Shown here piece after piece: positions 34,373 through 45,006 of a stretch of 64,000 nt of DNA. This DNA comes from Clostridia bacterium (GTDB taxonomy: Bacteria > Bacillota > Clostridia > Oscillospirales > CAG-272). Position 1 is the first letter of the stretch. Each line of letters begins with the position of its first letter. A program made the position numbers and the translations under genes. The notes below the pieces were generated by a model. The model searched no databases. It was not told the DNA's origin and saw only the letters and a list, made by a program, of their open reading frames with translations. Location: positions 38-64,037 of the forward strand of contig JAFTKK010000018.1 of assembly GCA_017453325.1 (NCBI GenBank), in the 5' to 3' direction.

Positions 34373-36211
34373 TTAGTTTTTTTGCATGGCGCGGCGGATG
34401 CGCATGGTCTCCTTCATGCGCAGCTCGGTGTTGAGGATCTTTTTGCGCAGGCGGATCGACTGCGGGGTGACCTCGATGAGCTCATCGTCGGTGATGAACT
34501 CAATGGCCTCCTCAAGTGAGAAGATCACGGGCGGGGTCAGCAGCAGCTTTTCGTCGGCACCGGCCGAACGAATGGCGGTCAGCTTCTTCTCGGCGCAGGG
34601 GTTGACGGCAATATCGTCGTTCTTGGGGTTCATGCCTACGATCATGCCTTCATAGACCTTGGTTTGCGGCCCTACGAACAGGTTGCCGCGCTCCTGGGTG
34701 TGGAAGAGGCCGTAACGGGTGGTTTCGCCGTCGCAGGAGGCGACCAGCGCGCCGGTAAAGCGCATCGGGATCTCGCCGCGATAGGGCTGATAGCTATCAA
34801 AAATGGTGTTGATCACGCCCTCGCCGTGCGTGGCGGTGAGGAACTCGGAGCGGTAGCCGATGAGACAACGGGAGGGAATGAGGTATTCGATACGGGTACG
34901 GTCGCCAATGGGGTGCATTTCAAGCAGATCGCCCTTGCGCTGACCGAGCTTTTCGACCACGGGGCCGACGTAATCGAGCGGCACGTCAAGCGTGACCTTC
35001 TCCATCGGCTCGCACTTCACGCCGTCAATCTCCTTAAAGAGCACGCGGGGATTGGAGCAGCAGAGCTCGTAGCCCTCGCGGCGCATATTTTCAATGAGGA
35101 TGGAAAGGTGCATTTCGCCGCGTCCCGCTACCTTAAATTCGTCGGTGGTGTCACCGTCCGAAACGCGCAGCGACACGTCGCGCATCGTCTCGCGATACAG
35201 ACGCTCGCGAAGCTGACGCGAGGTAACGAACTTGCCCTCCTTACCCGCCAAGGGGCTGGTGTTGACGGCAAAGGTCATTTCCATGGTGGGCTCGCTCACC
35301 TTGACAAATTCAAGGGGGGTGGGGTCTGTGGTCGAGGTGATGGTGTCGCCGATGGTGATCGAAGCGGCACCCGAGAAGCAGACAACGTCACCCATGCGTG
35401 CCGTTTCCACGGGAACGCGCGTGAGACCGTCGATCTGGTAGATCGAAACGATCTTGGTGCGCTTGGGCGCTTCCCCCGAGTGATAGTTGCAAATGAGGGC
35501 ATCCTGATTTTGCTTCAGCACACCGCGCTCAATGCGGCCAATGCCGATGCGGCCAACGTAATCGTTATAGTCAATGGAAGAAACGAGGAGCTGCAGGCCA
35601 CCCTCGTCGTCGCCCTCGGGGGCGGGAATATAGTCAAGAATGGTATCGAAAAGAGGGGTAAGATCGGTGCCTGCGACGTCAGACTCACGGGAGGCGGTGC
35701 CTGCGCGGCCCGAGCAGTAGAGAATGGGGCTGTCAAGCTGCTCGTCGGAGGCGTTGAGGTCAATGAGAAGCTCCAGCACCTCGTCCTCTACCTCGCCAAG
35801 ACGGGCATCGGGCTTGTCGATCTTGTTGACGACCACGATCACGCGGTGATTGAGCTCAAGTGCGCGCTGGAGCACGAAGCGGGTCTGCGGCATGGGGCCC
35901 TCGGCTGCATCCACCAGCAAAATAACGCCGTTTACCATTTTCAGCACGCGCTCTACCTCGCCGCCGAAATCGGCGTGTCCGGGCGTGTCTACAATGTTGA
36001 TCTTTACATCCTTGTAGTGCACGGCGGTGTTTTTGGCAAGGATGGTAATGCCGCGCTCCTTTTCAATGTCACCCGAGTCCATCACGCGGGTCACGGTTTC
36101 CTGATTTTCACGGTAAATACCGCCTTGCTTCAGCATTTGGTCAACCAGCGTGGTCTTGCCGTGGTCAACATGGGCAATGATGGCGATATTGCGCAGATCT
36201 TCACGAATCAT
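34373..36211 (-). CDS. typA: Translational GTPase TypA/BipA
   Basis: [39 protein letters not shown]. 612 aa. Confidence 0.95.
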   Translation of the reverse strand: MIREDLRNIAIIAHVDHGKTTLVDQMLKQGGIYRENQETVTRVMDSGDIEKERGITILAKNTAVHYKDVKINIVDTPGHADFGGEVERVLKMVNGVILLVDAAEGPMPQTRFVLQRALELNHRVIVVVNKIDKPDARLGEVEDEVLELLIDLNASDEQLDSPILYCSGRAGTASRESDVAGTDLTPLFDTILDYIPAPEGDDEGGLQLLVSSIDYNDYVGRIGIGRIERGVLKQNQDALICNYHSGEAPKRTKIVSIYQIDGLTRVPVETARMGDVVCFSGAASITIGDTITSTTDPTPLEFVKVSEPTMEMTFAVNTSPLAGKEGKFVTSRQLRERLYRETMRDVSLRVSDGDTTDEFKVAGRGEMHLSILIENMRREGYELCCSNPRVLFKEIDGVKCEPMEKVTLDVPLDYVGPVVEKLGQRKGDLLEMHPIGDRTRIEYLIPSRCLIGYRSEFLTATHGEGVINTIFDSYQPYRGEIPMRFTGALVASCDGETTRYGLFHTQERGNLFVGPQTKVYEGMIVGMNPKNDDIAVNPCAEKKLTAIRSAGADEKLLLTPPVIFSLEEAIEFITDDELIEVTPQSIRLRKKILNTELRMKETMRIRRAMQKN

Positions 36212-36252
36212 AAGGCTACCTCTCCTTCTTGGGTCATCAAATTTAACACTTT

Positions 36253-36281
36253 ATTATATCACAGATTTTGCGCTTTGCCAA
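36253..36281 (-). promoter_or_regulatory. Sigma-A-type promoter TTGGCA-17-TATAAT (minus strand) for typA
   Basis: Reverse complement of 36276-36281 and 36253-36258. Confidence 0.6.
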
Positions 36282-36404
36282 GGGGGAGACGCGACGTTTT
36301 TTGAAACTTTTTGCGTGTACGGCTCAAAGAAAAGCAAAAAAGCGCGTGTGCCTTGCACGGGAGCGTGCTTTTTTGACAAAACTTGCGCTTTTGTCACCCC
36401 GCGC

Positions 36405-36433
36405 TTGACTTTTGCGCGGTTAGTTTGTATAAT
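36405..36433 (+). promoter_or_regulatory. Sigma-A-type promoter TTGACT-17-TATAAT
   Basis: Hexamers 36405-36410 and 36428-36433. Confidence 0.6.
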
Positions 36434-36468
36434 AAATGGAGATTTGACCAAGGAAAGGCGGAATAGAT

Positions 36469-37335
36469 ATGTATACCGATATGTTTGGCAAAAAACGCTT
36501 CAAGCTGGGTCTGCACCAGCACACCTCGCGCTCGGACGGCAAGCTGACGCCTGCCGAGGTGGCCGCACTTTACCGCGACTGCGGCTATGATGCCATCGCA
36601 CTCACCGACCACTGGGTATACGGCGAGGCAGACGAGCTTTCGGGCTTGCCGATTTTGGCGGGTGCTGAATACCACGTTGGCTTTCGTGATGCGGGTGAGG
36701 GCGTTTATCATATTATTTGTCTGTTTGCCGACTATGAGCCGAAGCTGACGAGAGAAACGGCTACCGCACAGGGCATCCTTGACGCCATTCACGAGGCGGG
36801 CGGCATTGCTGTGTTGGCACATCCCGGTTGGTCGATGAACACCTCCGAGCGGGTAAAGGCGCTTCGCGGCATTGATGCGACCGAGATCTACAATACGGTA
36901 TCGAACAATACCCGCCGCGCGGATTCCTCGATCCTGGTCGATCATTATGCCCTCAACGGTCAGCTTTTCCCCCTCATTGCTGCGGACGACTATCACAACC
37001 CTGCTTATGGCATTCCCCCCACCTCCTTTGTGATGGTGGAAAGCGAGGATCTCTCGCCCGAAAACCTCAAGCGCGCCATTCTTGAAAAGCGCTTTTATGC
37101 TTCTACGGGTCCCGAGATCCATCTTTCCCGCCAAGGCGACACCATGGTGGTGGATTGCTCACCTGCCCGTGAGGTGGTATTTGAAAGCAATCTCGTGCTC
37201 TCGCCCCGCCGTGCTACGGTGGGCGAGAATATCACGCACGCCGAATATCCTCTGAATGAGAACGAGCACTTTGTCCGTGCATACGTGACCGACAGCGAGG
37301 GCAGACAGGCGTGGAGCAATTTTGTTGCCCTGTAA
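36469..37335 (+). CDS. PHP-domain metallophosphoesterase
   Basis: LGLHQHTSRSDGK...DAIALTDHW...VLAHPGW. 288 aa. Confidence 0.75.
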   Translation: MYTDMFGKKRFKLGLHQHTSRSDGKLTPAEVAALYRDCGYDAIALTDHWVYGEADELSGLPILAGAEYHVGFRDAGEGVYHIICLFADYEPKLTRETATAQGILDAIHEAGGIAVLAHPGWSMNTSERVKALRGIDATEIYNTVSNNTRRADSSILVDHYALNGQLFPLIAADDYHNPAYGIPPTSFVMVESEDLSPENLKRAILEKRFYASTGPEIHLSRQGDTMVVDCSPAREVVFESNLVLSPRRATVGENITHAEYPLNENEHFVRAYVTDSEGRQAWSNFVAL

Positions 37336-37413
37336 ACAAAACCGAAACAAATTTTTAATACGGATGGTGTATCATAATGGACATCACCCCTAAAAAATGC
37401 AAAGGAGCATCCT

Positions 37414-38271
37414 ATGAGTGTTAAAATTATTGTAGATTCGGCGTCCGATATTGCGGTTGCCGCGCTGGCGGAAAAGGGCCTGCTTTGTGCACCCCTCAAA
37501 ACCATTTTGGCGGGTACCGAGTACCGTGACGGCGTAGATATTACCCCCGATACCTTTTACGACAAGCTGAAGGCAAACAAGGAGCTTGCGCGCACCAGTC
37601 AGGTGAACGTGGGTGAGTTTGCGGAGCTTTTTGAGCAGGTCGTGAGCGCCGGTGACGAGGCGGTGGTCATTACCATTTCCTCCGGGCTTTCGGGCACGTG
37701 CCAGAGTGCGATGATCGCAGCTGCCGATTACGAGGGCAAGATCTTTGTGGTAGACAGTCTCACCGCTACGGCAGGTGAGCAGGTGTTGGTGGCACACGCC
37801 ATCGCTCTGCGCGATGCGGGCAAGAGTGCGGCTGAGATCTACGCCGAGCTTGATGCGCTGCGTCGCAAGACGCGCTTGTTCGTGCGCGTGGAGACCCTTG
37901 AATATCTGAAGCGCGGCGGTCGCATTTCCAAGACGGCGGCGCTTGTTGGCGGCATGCTGCACTTTATGCCTGTGCTGACCCTCAACGGCGAGGGCAAGCT
38001 TGAGACGGTGGGCAAGGCGCGCGGCGTGAAGATGAGCCATAAAATGATGAACGATGCCATCAAGGCCGCAGGCGGCATTGATTTCTCTTATCCCGTGGTC
38101 ATCACCTACGCGGGTGACGTGAACGACGGCACGGTAAAGGCCTATCTTAGCGATAGCCAAGAGATCTACGGCGATAATGTCGATAAGCTTATGATCGGGC
38201 AGCTTGGCTGCGTGATCGGCACGCACACGGGCCCCGGTGCCATCGTGGTGTCGTTTGTGCCGAAGGCGTAA
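37414..38271 (+). CDS. DegV-family fatty-acid-binding protein
   Basis: KIIVDSASDI...TSQVNVGEF...ITISSGLSGT. 285 aa. Confidence 0.9.
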   Translation: MSVKIIVDSASDIAVAALAEKGLLCAPLKTILAGTEYRDGVDITPDTFYDKLKANKELARTSQVNVGEFAELFEQVVSAGDEAVVITISSGLSGTCQSAMIAAADYEGKIFVVDSLTATAGEQVLVAHAIALRDAGKSAAEIYAELDALRRKTRLFVRVETLEYLKRGGRISKTAALVGGMLHFMPVLTLNGEGKLETVGKARGVKMSHKMMNDAIKAAGGIDFSYPVVITYAGDVNDGTVKAYLSDSQEIYGDNVDKLMIGQLGCVIGTHTGPGAIVVSFVPKA

Positions 38272-38326
38272 AGAAAAGAGATAAGGCGCACACGGGGCTT
38301 TCCCTTGAATGCGAACCGATGAAAAA

Positions 38327-38376
38327 GGGGCTGTCTCAAATGCCACGGCATTTGGTGACAAGCCCCTATGGTTTTT
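38327..38376 (+). terminator. Imperfect long hairpin (GGGGCT...AGCCCC) followed by TATGGTTTTTG. Two further small hairpins follow, at 38381-38403 and 38398-38424.
   Basis: Read directly. Confidence 0.5.
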
Positions 38377-38470
38377 GTTTGGCGGCTAAACACCGCCATT
38401 TTTACCCGATTAACGGGTAAAAAACACAAATTCCCGGCGTCAAAAAGCCTACCCTCTTCGCGTGTCAAAA

Positions 38471-39334
38471 TCAACGGCTCATTTGCATGGCCTTTGGCGA
38501 GATACCGTAGGTGGCCTTGAAGGCCTTGCTGAAGGAATAAAGCGAATAGTGCAGCTTTTCCGCGATCTCACCGATCCTGATCTTTTCTTCAAGAAGCAGT
38601 ATTCTTGCCGTTTCCATTTTACAGTGCTTGTAATATTCGGAAAGCGTTTTTCCCGTCGTTTTTCGAAATAGTCCCGAAAGATAGCCGTAGTGATAATGAA
38701 AGTGGGGCGCAATGTCGCTTAATTGACGTATTGAAAAAATGTGGGTGTCAATGTAGCTCATCAGCTGCATGCACAGGATCTCCGCCTCGGATACGTGAGA
38801 GGTGGGGCGCTTTGCGTTTCCCACGGCGCGCAAGAGGTAGACCAATATCGCATGAAAAATATCACCGAGCAGCTCCTTGGAATAGGGCTGATCGCTTTCC
38901 GAGAATTCCATCATAGCGGTTTTGACCAGGTTGGAAATTTTTTCGTCGCGAATGACCCGATCGGCGCTGTGGCGGCAGGTGGTCTCCAAGGCTTTCAGCT
39001 CCCTGTCAAGGATCGGATCAAAGCAGGAAAAGGAAAAAAAGTCATACTCCAGCCGTTTGCCGCGGTCGGCCTTGATCTCGTGAATGTCATGGGGCAGGGA
39101 AAGGTAAATATCGCCTGCGCACACCGCACGCGGCTCTCCGTTTGTGATAACCGACCCCTCTCCTCCCGTGACTACGGTGAGCTCAAGCCAGCTTCGGTGC
39201 GGATGTGCCGCAATGATATCCGTCGGCGCGCAATATCTCCTGCCGATTTGCACGAGATGTATATGGCCGAAGGGCAAGGGGGCGGCAAAATATTGGTTAT
39301 TGAAATGATAGCGTGTTTTGGGGTCGTTCATCAT
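38471..39334 (-). CDS. AraC-family transcriptional regulator
   Basis: Start set at MMNDPKTRYHF (RBS AAGGAG). Cupin-like N-terminus and HTH C-terminus (YSLYSFSKAFKATYGISPKAM). Confidence 0.85.
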   Translation of the reverse strand: MMNDPKTRYHFNNQYFAAPLPFGHIHLVQIGRRYCAPTDIIAAHPHRSWLELTVVTGGEGSVITNGEPRAVCAGDIYLSLPHDIHEIKADRGKRLEYDFFSFSCFDPILDRELKALETTCRHSADRVIRDEKISNLVKTAMMEFSESDQPYSKELLGDIFHAILVYLLRAVGNAKRPTSHVSEAEILCMQLMSYIDTHIFSIRQLSDIAPHFHYHYGYLSGLFRKTTGKTLSEYYKHCKMETARILLLEEKIRIGEIAEKLHYSLYSFSKAFKATYGISPKAMQMSR

Positions 39335-39469
39335 CACATCTCCTTTTACTGTCATTATAGAAGGAAGTGCCTTGCTTGTCAAGGCACATGCACAAGATAT
39401 TTGATTAAAAAAAGCCGTTTCGAGCTTCCAAAAATGAAAAAATGACAACTTTTTCATGAAATGCTGCCA

Positions 39470-39498
39470 TTTACACACAAAAGCCGTCATGCTACAAT
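39470..39498 (+). promoter_or_regulatory. Sigma-A-type promoter TTTACA-17-TACAAT
   Basis: Hexamers 39470-39475 and 39493-39498. Confidence 0.55.
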
Positions 39499-39534
39499 AA
39501 AGTGACAGTCAAAATACTTTAAAAGGAGAGTCTT

Positions 39535-40590
39535 ATGATAACGGTAGCAGTCATCGGATGCGGCAGAATTGCCGATATTGCACATTTTCCCGCGCTTTCA
39601 AAAATGGAGCACGTCAGAATCAAATACGCCTGCGATCTTTTGCTGCAAAAGGCACAGAGTGCGCAGGAAAAATATCCGAAGATCGAGCGTGTGATCACGG
39701 ATTATGCGGTCGCGCTGGCCGACCGCGAGGTGGATGCGGTGTTTGTGTTGACGCCCAATTATGCGCATTATACCATCACCATGGATGCGCTGCGCGCGGG
39801 CAAGCACGTGTTTTGCGAAAAGCCCATTACCGTGAATTATGCGCTTTCGGTCGAGATGGCACAGGAGGCAGCAAAGCAGAACAGGATACTGAACATCGGC
39901 GTTTGCAACCGCTATCAGAGGTCTGTTGAAATGCTGCGCGAATGGGCAGAGGCGGGCAAGTTCGGGAATATTTATCACGTATATTGCTCGTTCCGCGATT
40001 TTCGCTGTATCCCGGGGCTTGGCGGTCCGTTTACCACAAAGGCACAATCGGGCGGCGGCGTGTTGATCGATTGGGGCATTCATTTTTTGGATCTGATCTT
40101 GTACGTGCTCGGCGGTGCCAGGATCAAAAGCGTGACCTGCGATGCTTACAGCGAGATGGCAAAGGATATGGGCAGCTATCGCTACAAAAGCATGTGGGCG
40201 GAGGACACGGCCAACACCGTGTCGGGCACCAATGACGTGGATGATTTCATTACGGGGCATGTGCGCACCGATAAGGCAAGCATTTCCTTTAACGGCGCCT
40301 GGGCGCAGAATATCAATCAAAGAGAGATGTTTATTGATTTCATGGGTGACAAGGCGGGCGCCAGACTGACGTATGGCGGCAGGTTCGAGTTTTACGACGG
40401 ACAAACGCTCGCAACCGTTACTCCCGAATACGATATTCCCAATATGTATTTTTGCGAGGATCTGGCCTTTATGGATTCGGTTCAAAGCGGCGTAAAGGAT
40501 AAAAACAATATTGAGCACGTGCTCGAAAGCATGAAGCTGCTGGATGCGTTATATCTTTCCGCCGAGCAAAAGAAGGAGATCGCGTTCTGA
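39535..40590 (+). CDS. Gfo/Idh/MocA-family NAD(P)-dependent oxidoreductase
   Basis: ITVAVIGCGRIA...VFCEKPI. 351 aa. Confidence 0.85.
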   Translation: MITVAVIGCGRIADIAHFPALSKMEHVRIKYACDLLLQKAQSAQEKYPKIERVITDYAVALADREVDAVFVLTPNYAHYTITMDALRAGKHVFCEKPITVNYALSVEMAQEAAKQNRILNIGVCNRYQRSVEMLREWAEAGKFGNIYHVYCSFRDFRCIPGLGGPFTTKAQSGGGVLIDWGIHFLDLILYVLGGARIKSVTCDAYSEMAKDMGSYRYKSMWAEDTANTVSGTNDVDDFITGHVRTDKASISFNGAWAQNINQREMFIDFMGDKAGARLTYGGRFEFYDGQTLATVTPEYDIPNMYFCEDLAFMDSVQSGVKDKNNIEHVLESMKLLDALYLSAEQKKEIAF

Positions 40591-41453
40591 TGAAAACGGT
40601 GGGTTTTGTGGATTTTTATCTGGATGAATGGCACGCCAATCAGTATCCTGCCATGATCGCGGCACACAATGAGCAGTACGGCACCGATTACCGTGTGCAA
40701 TACGCATGGGCAGAGATCGACGCTCCCCCTTCGGGCGGTCTGCATACAGACGAATGGTGTGAGAAATACGGAGTCGAGCGCTGTGCCACGATAGAGGAGC
40801 TTTGTGTTAAGTGCGATCATGTGATCGTGTTAGCACCCGCTGATCCCGAAAAGCACTTGGCATATGCCGAGCGTGTGTTTCGTTGCGGTAAAAGCGCCTA
40901 TATAGATAAGACCTTCGCGCCGGATCATCGGACGGCCAAGGAGATATTCTCCCTTGCCGAAAAATACGGTGTCAAGTGTTTTTCGTCTTCCGCCCTGCGA
41001 TACGCACAGGAGCTGGCGGATTATGCGGAGGATGCTCTGAGCGTCTTGACGACGGGGGGCGGTGCCGATATGGAGGAATATATCATTCACCAGATCGAAA
41101 TGGTGGTGAAATGTCTTGGCTGCGGCGCCGCACGCGTGCAATACAGTAAGCACGCGGACAGGGAGCAGGCAGAGGTGATATACGAAGACGGCAGGCACGC
41201 TACGATGCTGTTTTGTCCTTGCTTACCCTTTTCTCTGACTGTGGCAAAGGGGACGGGCACCTCAAAGCATTTTCCCATCAAATCAGCCTTCTTTCAACGT
41301 ATGATCGGCGCGATCATCCGCTTCTTTGAAACGGGTGAGACGCCCTTTGAACCGACACAGACGCTGGAGATCATGCGGATACGCGAGGTGGTTTTGCACG
41401 CGCGCCGCGAGGGGGCGGCTTTGTCGGAAATCCGAGACTGCTGCGGCACGTAA
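40590..41453 (+). CDS. Gfo/Idh/MocA-like protein with a degenerate dinucleotide-binding motif
   Basis: MKTVGFVDFYLDEWHANQYP...AYIDKTFA. TGATG overlap with the upstream gene. Confidence 0.5.
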   Translation: MKTVGFVDFYLDEWHANQYPAMIAAHNEQYGTDYRVQYAWAEIDAPPSGGLHTDEWCEKYGVERCATIEELCVKCDHVIVLAPADPEKHLAYAERVFRCGKSAYIDKTFAPDHRTAKEIFSLAEKYGVKCFSSSALRYAQELADYAEDALSVLTTGGGADMEEYIIHQIEMVVKCLGCGAARVQYSKHADREQAEVIYEDGRHATMLFCPCLPFSLTVAKGTGTSKHFPIKSAFFQRMIGAIIRFFETGETPFEPTQTLEIMRIREVVLHARREGAALSEIRDCCGT

Positions 41454-41573
41454 TGCCGTCAAAGGAGCTGCTGCACGGCGCGGCACGGAGAAAGAGACGA
41501 TACTCTGTGCGTGCCGCGTGCGGCAGTTCCTTATATTATATTGATGAATTCATGAGTTTTTTTGAAAAACCGC

Positions 41574-41602
41574 TTGACAAGAAAAAGCCGTTGATATATA
41601 AT
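41574..41602 (+). promoter_or_regulatory. Consensus sigma-A promoter TTGACA-17-TATAAT
   Basis: Hexamers 41574-41579 and 41597-41602. Confidence 0.7.
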
Positions 41603-41623
41603 GAAATTACTGTGGAGTATTGG

Positions 41624-41670
41624 AGATGCAGGTGTACACTTGGGATAGGTGTACCTTTGCATCTTTTTTT
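41624..41670 (+). terminator. Leader terminator/attenuator (AGATGCAGGTGTAC...GTACCTTTGCATCT plus T7) between the promoter and glpP
   Basis: Read directly. Sits in the 5' UTR of the glpP operon. Confidence 0.6.
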
Positions 41671-41699
41671 ATACCAATTTTTAGCATGGAGGAGAGGAT

Positions 41700-42263
41700 A
41701 TGACCTCGCATAAGCTGATCGAAGTGCTGGAATTCAACCCCATCATTGCCGCCGTGCACGAGGATGCCTTTGAGGCGGCTTTGGCCTCGCCCGCAGAGGT
41801 GATCTTTTACCTCAAGGCAAGCCTGCTGACCGTGCGGGAGCGCGTAGCCGCCGCACACGCGGCAGGAAAGTCGATCTTCGTACACGTTGACTTGGCCGAG
41901 GGTGTGGGAAAGGACCGCGCGGGGGTGACATATCTTGCCGATCTCGGTGTGGACGGCATCATCAGCACGCGCACGCAGCTCCTGCGTTATGCAAAGGAAT
42001 TGGGGCTTGTGGCGGTGCAGCGCTTTTTTGCCCTTGACTCGCAGGGCATGGAGAGCATCAGCGAAACGCTTGAAAGCCCCGCTTGCGATCTGATCGAGAT
42101 CATGCCAGGTGTCATTGGCAAGGCGATCTCGCGGTTTGCAGGTGGCAGGATCCCCGTCATTGCGGGCGGTCTCATTGAAACCAAGGCTGAGGTGACCTCG
42201 GCGCTCAACTGCGGTGCCATTGCCGTTTCCACGGGTAACAAGGCGCTGTGGTATATTGATTGA
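41700..42263 (+). CDS. glpP: Glycerol-3-phosphate-responsive antiterminator GlpP
   Basis: 187 aa. PIIAAVHEDAFEAAL...IFYLKASLLT...GIISTR...IPVIAGGLI matches the GlpP family pattern. Confidence 0.8.
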   Translation: MTSHKLIEVLEFNPIIAAVHEDAFEAALASPAEVIFYLKASLLTVRERVAAAHAAGKSIFVHVDLAEGVGKDRAGVTYLADLGVDGIISTRTQLLRYAKELGLVAVQRFFALDSQGMESISETLESPACDLIEIMPGVIGKAISRFAGGRIPVIAGGLIETKAEVTSALNCGAIAVSTGNKALWYID

Positions 42264-42309
42264 ATTCCCAAAATTATGATAAATAAAGTGATGAAGGAAG
42301 GAAAGAAGT

Positions 42310-43743
42310 ATGTATGACGTATTGATTGTCGGCGCCGGCGTGATCGGCGGTATGCTGGCAAGACAGCTTTCGAGATACGACCTGAAGATTTGTATGCTCG
42401 AAAAGGAAAACGACGTTGCCATGGGTGCCACCAAGGCAAACAGCGGTATCGTGCACGGCGGCTATGACCCCGAGCCCGGCACGCTGAAGGCAAAGCTCAA
42501 CGCCGAGGGCGTGCAGAAGCTTTACGATGTGGCCGACGAGATCCATGCTCCCTACCGCAAAAACGGCTCCTTCGTGTGTGCATTCGGCACGCCCGAGGAG
42601 GAGGCCACCGTGCGCGAGCTTTATGAGCGCGGTCTTGAAAACGGCATCAAGGGTCTTGAGATCCTGACGGGCGACGAGGCGCGCGCGCTGGAGCCCGCCC
42701 TTTCCGACAAGGTTTCGCTTGTCCTCAACGTCACCAACGCAGGCATCGTTTGCCCTTACGAGCTGACGGTTGCCGCTATTGGCAACGCCATGGATAACGG
42801 TGCTGAGCTGAAGGTCAACTTTGCCGTGGATCAGATCGAAAAGACGGCCGAGGGCTTCAAGGTAACCGCCAAGAGTGGCGAGGTCGTTTCGGGCAAGTAT
42901 CTTGTGAACTGCGCAGGTGCTTATTCCGATCGCGTGGCCCAAATGGTTGGCGACAACTTCTTTACCATCATTCCCCGTGCGGGCGAGTATATGCTGCTTG
43001 ACAAAAACGAGGGCAGCCGTGTGTCGCACACCATTTTCCAGGTTCCCTCCGTTGAGGGTAAGGGCATCCTTGTCTCCCCCACGGTGGACGGCAACCTGCT
43101 GACCGGCCCCACCGCCGCCAAGGTGGAGAGCCCCTCTTGCACCGAAACCACTCCCGAGGGCCTTGAAATTGTGGCACGTCTTGCTGCCAAGAGCGTGCCG
43201 AGCGTGAACTTCCGTCAGGTGATTACCTCCTTCTCGGGTGTGCGCTCCTCCGAAAAGGGCGGCGATTTCATCATTTGCCCCGCCAAGAGCGTAGAGAACA
43301 TGGTGCACGTGGCTGCTATCGACTCTCCCGGTCTTACCTCCTGCGTAGCCATTGCCGATTACGCCATTGAGCAGCTGCAGGCCATGGGTCTTGCACTCGT
43401 GCAAAAGGCAAATTGGTGCCCCACGCGCGAGAATCCTCACGCCTTCCGTGAGATGAGCGACGAGGAAAAGGATGCTTACATCAAGGAGCACCCCGCTTAC
43501 GGCAAGATCGTTTGCCGTTGTGAGACGGTTTCCGAGGGCGAGATCCGCGATGCCATTCGCCGCAATCCCCCCGCACACGATATTGACGGCGTCAAGCGCC
43601 GCACTCGTTCGGGTATGGGCAGATGCCAGGGCGGCTTCTGCATGCCCTACGTGATGAAGCTCCTCTCCGAGGAGAACGGTCAACCCATGGAGACCATCAC
43701 CAAGAACGGTGAGGGCTCCGCACAACTCACAGGTAAGCTGTAA
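42310..43743 (+). CDS. FAD-dependent oxidoreductase (anaerobic glycerol-3-phosphate dehydrogenase GlpA-like) with a C-terminal BFD-like [2Fe-2S] domain
   Basis: YDVLIVGAGVIGG. C-terminus CRCETVSEGEIRDAI...RCQGGFC. Confidence 0.8.
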   Translation: MYDVLIVGAGVIGGMLARQLSRYDLKICMLEKENDVAMGATKANSGIVHGGYDPEPGTLKAKLNAEGVQKLYDVADEIHAPYRKNGSFVCAFGTPEEEATVRELYERGLENGIKGLEILTGDEARALEPALSDKVSLVLNVTNAGIVCPYELTVAAIGNAMDNGAELKVNFAVDQIEKTAEGFKVTAKSGEVVSGKYLVNCAGAYSDRVAQMVGDNFFTIIPRAGEYMLLDKNEGSRVSHTIFQVPSVEGKGILVSPTVDGNLLTGPTAAKVESPSCTETTPEGLEIVARLAAKSVPSVNFRQVITSFSGVRSSEKGGDFIICPAKSVENMVHVAAIDSPGLTSCVAIADYAIEQLQAMGLALVQKANWCPTRENPHAFREMSDEEKDAYIKEHPAYGKIVCRCETVSEGEIRDAIRRNPPAHDIDGVKRRTRSGMGRCQGGFCMPYVMKLLSEENGQPMETITKNGEGSAQLTGKL

Positions 43744-43755
43744 AGGAGGCGCGCT

Positions 43756-45006
43756 ATGATGACAGCACATGATATTGTAATCGTTGGCGGCGGCCCCGCC
43801 GGTATGGCTGCGGCAGTGGCCGCATATGACAGCGGTGTGACGGACGTGGTGATCCTTGACCGTGAGGATAGCGTTGGCGGCATTCTCCGTCAGTGCATCC
43901 ATAACGGCTTTGGCTTACATAAGCTCGGCCGTGAATTGACGGGTCCCGAGTATGCGGACGTTTACCGCAAAGAGGTAGAAAAACGCGGCATTAAGATCTA
44001 TTGCGAAACCATGGTTACCGCAGTTTCCACGGATCGCGTGGTAACCGCACGTAACCGTCAGGGTATTATGAAAATTCAGGCAGGCGCCGTGGTGCTTGCC
44101 ATGGGCTGCCGTGAGCGCAGCCGCGGTGCGCTGAACATCAGCGGCACCCGCCCCGCAGGCGTATACAGCGCAGGCACGGCACAGAAGCTGATCAACTGCG
44201 AGGGCTACATGGTCGGTAAAAAGGTCGTGATCCTCGGCTCGGGCGATATTGGTCTCATCATGGCGCGCCGTATGTCCTTTGAGGGCGCTAAGGTAGAAGC
44301 CGTTTGCGAGATCATGCCCTATTCGGGCGGTCTTACCCGTAACATTGTGCAGTGTCTTGAGGACTACGGCATTCCGCTTTACCTTTCCACCACCGTGGCC
44401 GAGATCCACGGCCAAAAGCGCGTGGAGGGTGTGACGATTGCAGAGGTTGACGAGAACCGCCGCGTCAAGGAAGAGACCAAGCGCTATATTCCCTGTGACA
44501 CACTCCTGCTTTCTTGTGGCCTCATTCCCGAAAACGAGCTGACCCGTTCGGCAGGCATCCCGATCGACCCCATCACGTCGGGCGCGCTGGTTGACGAGAA
44601 CCGCGAGACCGCAACCCCCGGCATTTTTGCTTGCGGTAACGTGCTGCAGGTGCATGACCTTGTGGACTACGTGTCCGACGAGGCAGAGATCGCAGGTATC
44701 GGCGCTGCCAACTTCGTGAAAAACGGTGCCGTTACGGGCGAGACCGTTGCCACTAAGCCCGGCAACGGTGTCCGTTACGTGCTGCCGCAGCGCGTGCATA
44801 CCGACAAGGGTAACGACGTGGCGCTGTTTATGCGCGTGACCCAGCCCTTCGGTAAGGTACGCTTTACCGTGAAGTCGGGTGATGAGGTGCTTGCTACCGC
44901 CGTGCGCCTGAAGGCCGCACCCGGTGAAATGGAAAAAATCGTGGTGAAGAGCGAGAAGCTGGCCTTGGCCTCGGAGCCTATCACCGTTTCGTTGGAGGTG
45001 CTGTGA
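43756..45006 (+). CDS. FAD/NAD(P)-binding pyridine nucleotide-disulfide oxidoreductase-like subunit
   Basis: HDIVIVGGGPAGMAAA and VVILGSGDIGLIMA, two dinucleotide folds. Confidence 0.8.
   Translation: MMTAHDIVIVGGGPAGMAAAVAAYDSGVTDVVILDREDSVGGILRQCIHNGFGLHKLGRELTGPEYADVYRKEVEKRGIKIYCETMVTAVSTDRVVTARNRQGIMKIQAGAVVLAMGCRERSRGALNISGTRPAGVYSAGTAQKLINCEGYMVGKKVVILGSGDIGLIMARRMSFEGAKVEAVCEIMPYSGGLTRNIVQCLEDYGIPLYLSTTVAEIHGQKRVEGVTIAEVDENRRVKEETKRYIPCDTLLLSCGLIPENELTRSAGIPIDPITSGALVDENRETATPGIFACGNVLQVHDLVDYVSDEAEIAGIGAANFVKNGAVTGETVATKPGNGVRYVLPQRVHTDKGNDVALFMRVTQPFGKVRFTVKSGDEVLATAVRLKAAPGEMEKIVVKSEKLALASEPITVSLEVL

Noticed and set aside
34664-36304. 546-aa ORF on the + strand opposite typA. Similar long antisense ORFs occur at 10822-12078, 16825-18111, 25343-26647, 28852-30360, 42274-43902, 53456-54622 and 59375-60469.
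   Set aside because: Each lies entirely antisense to a gene with unmistakable family motifs. Their translations are low-complexity and Arg/Gly/His-rich. They lack RBSs. These are typical shadow ORFs of GC-rich coding DNA.
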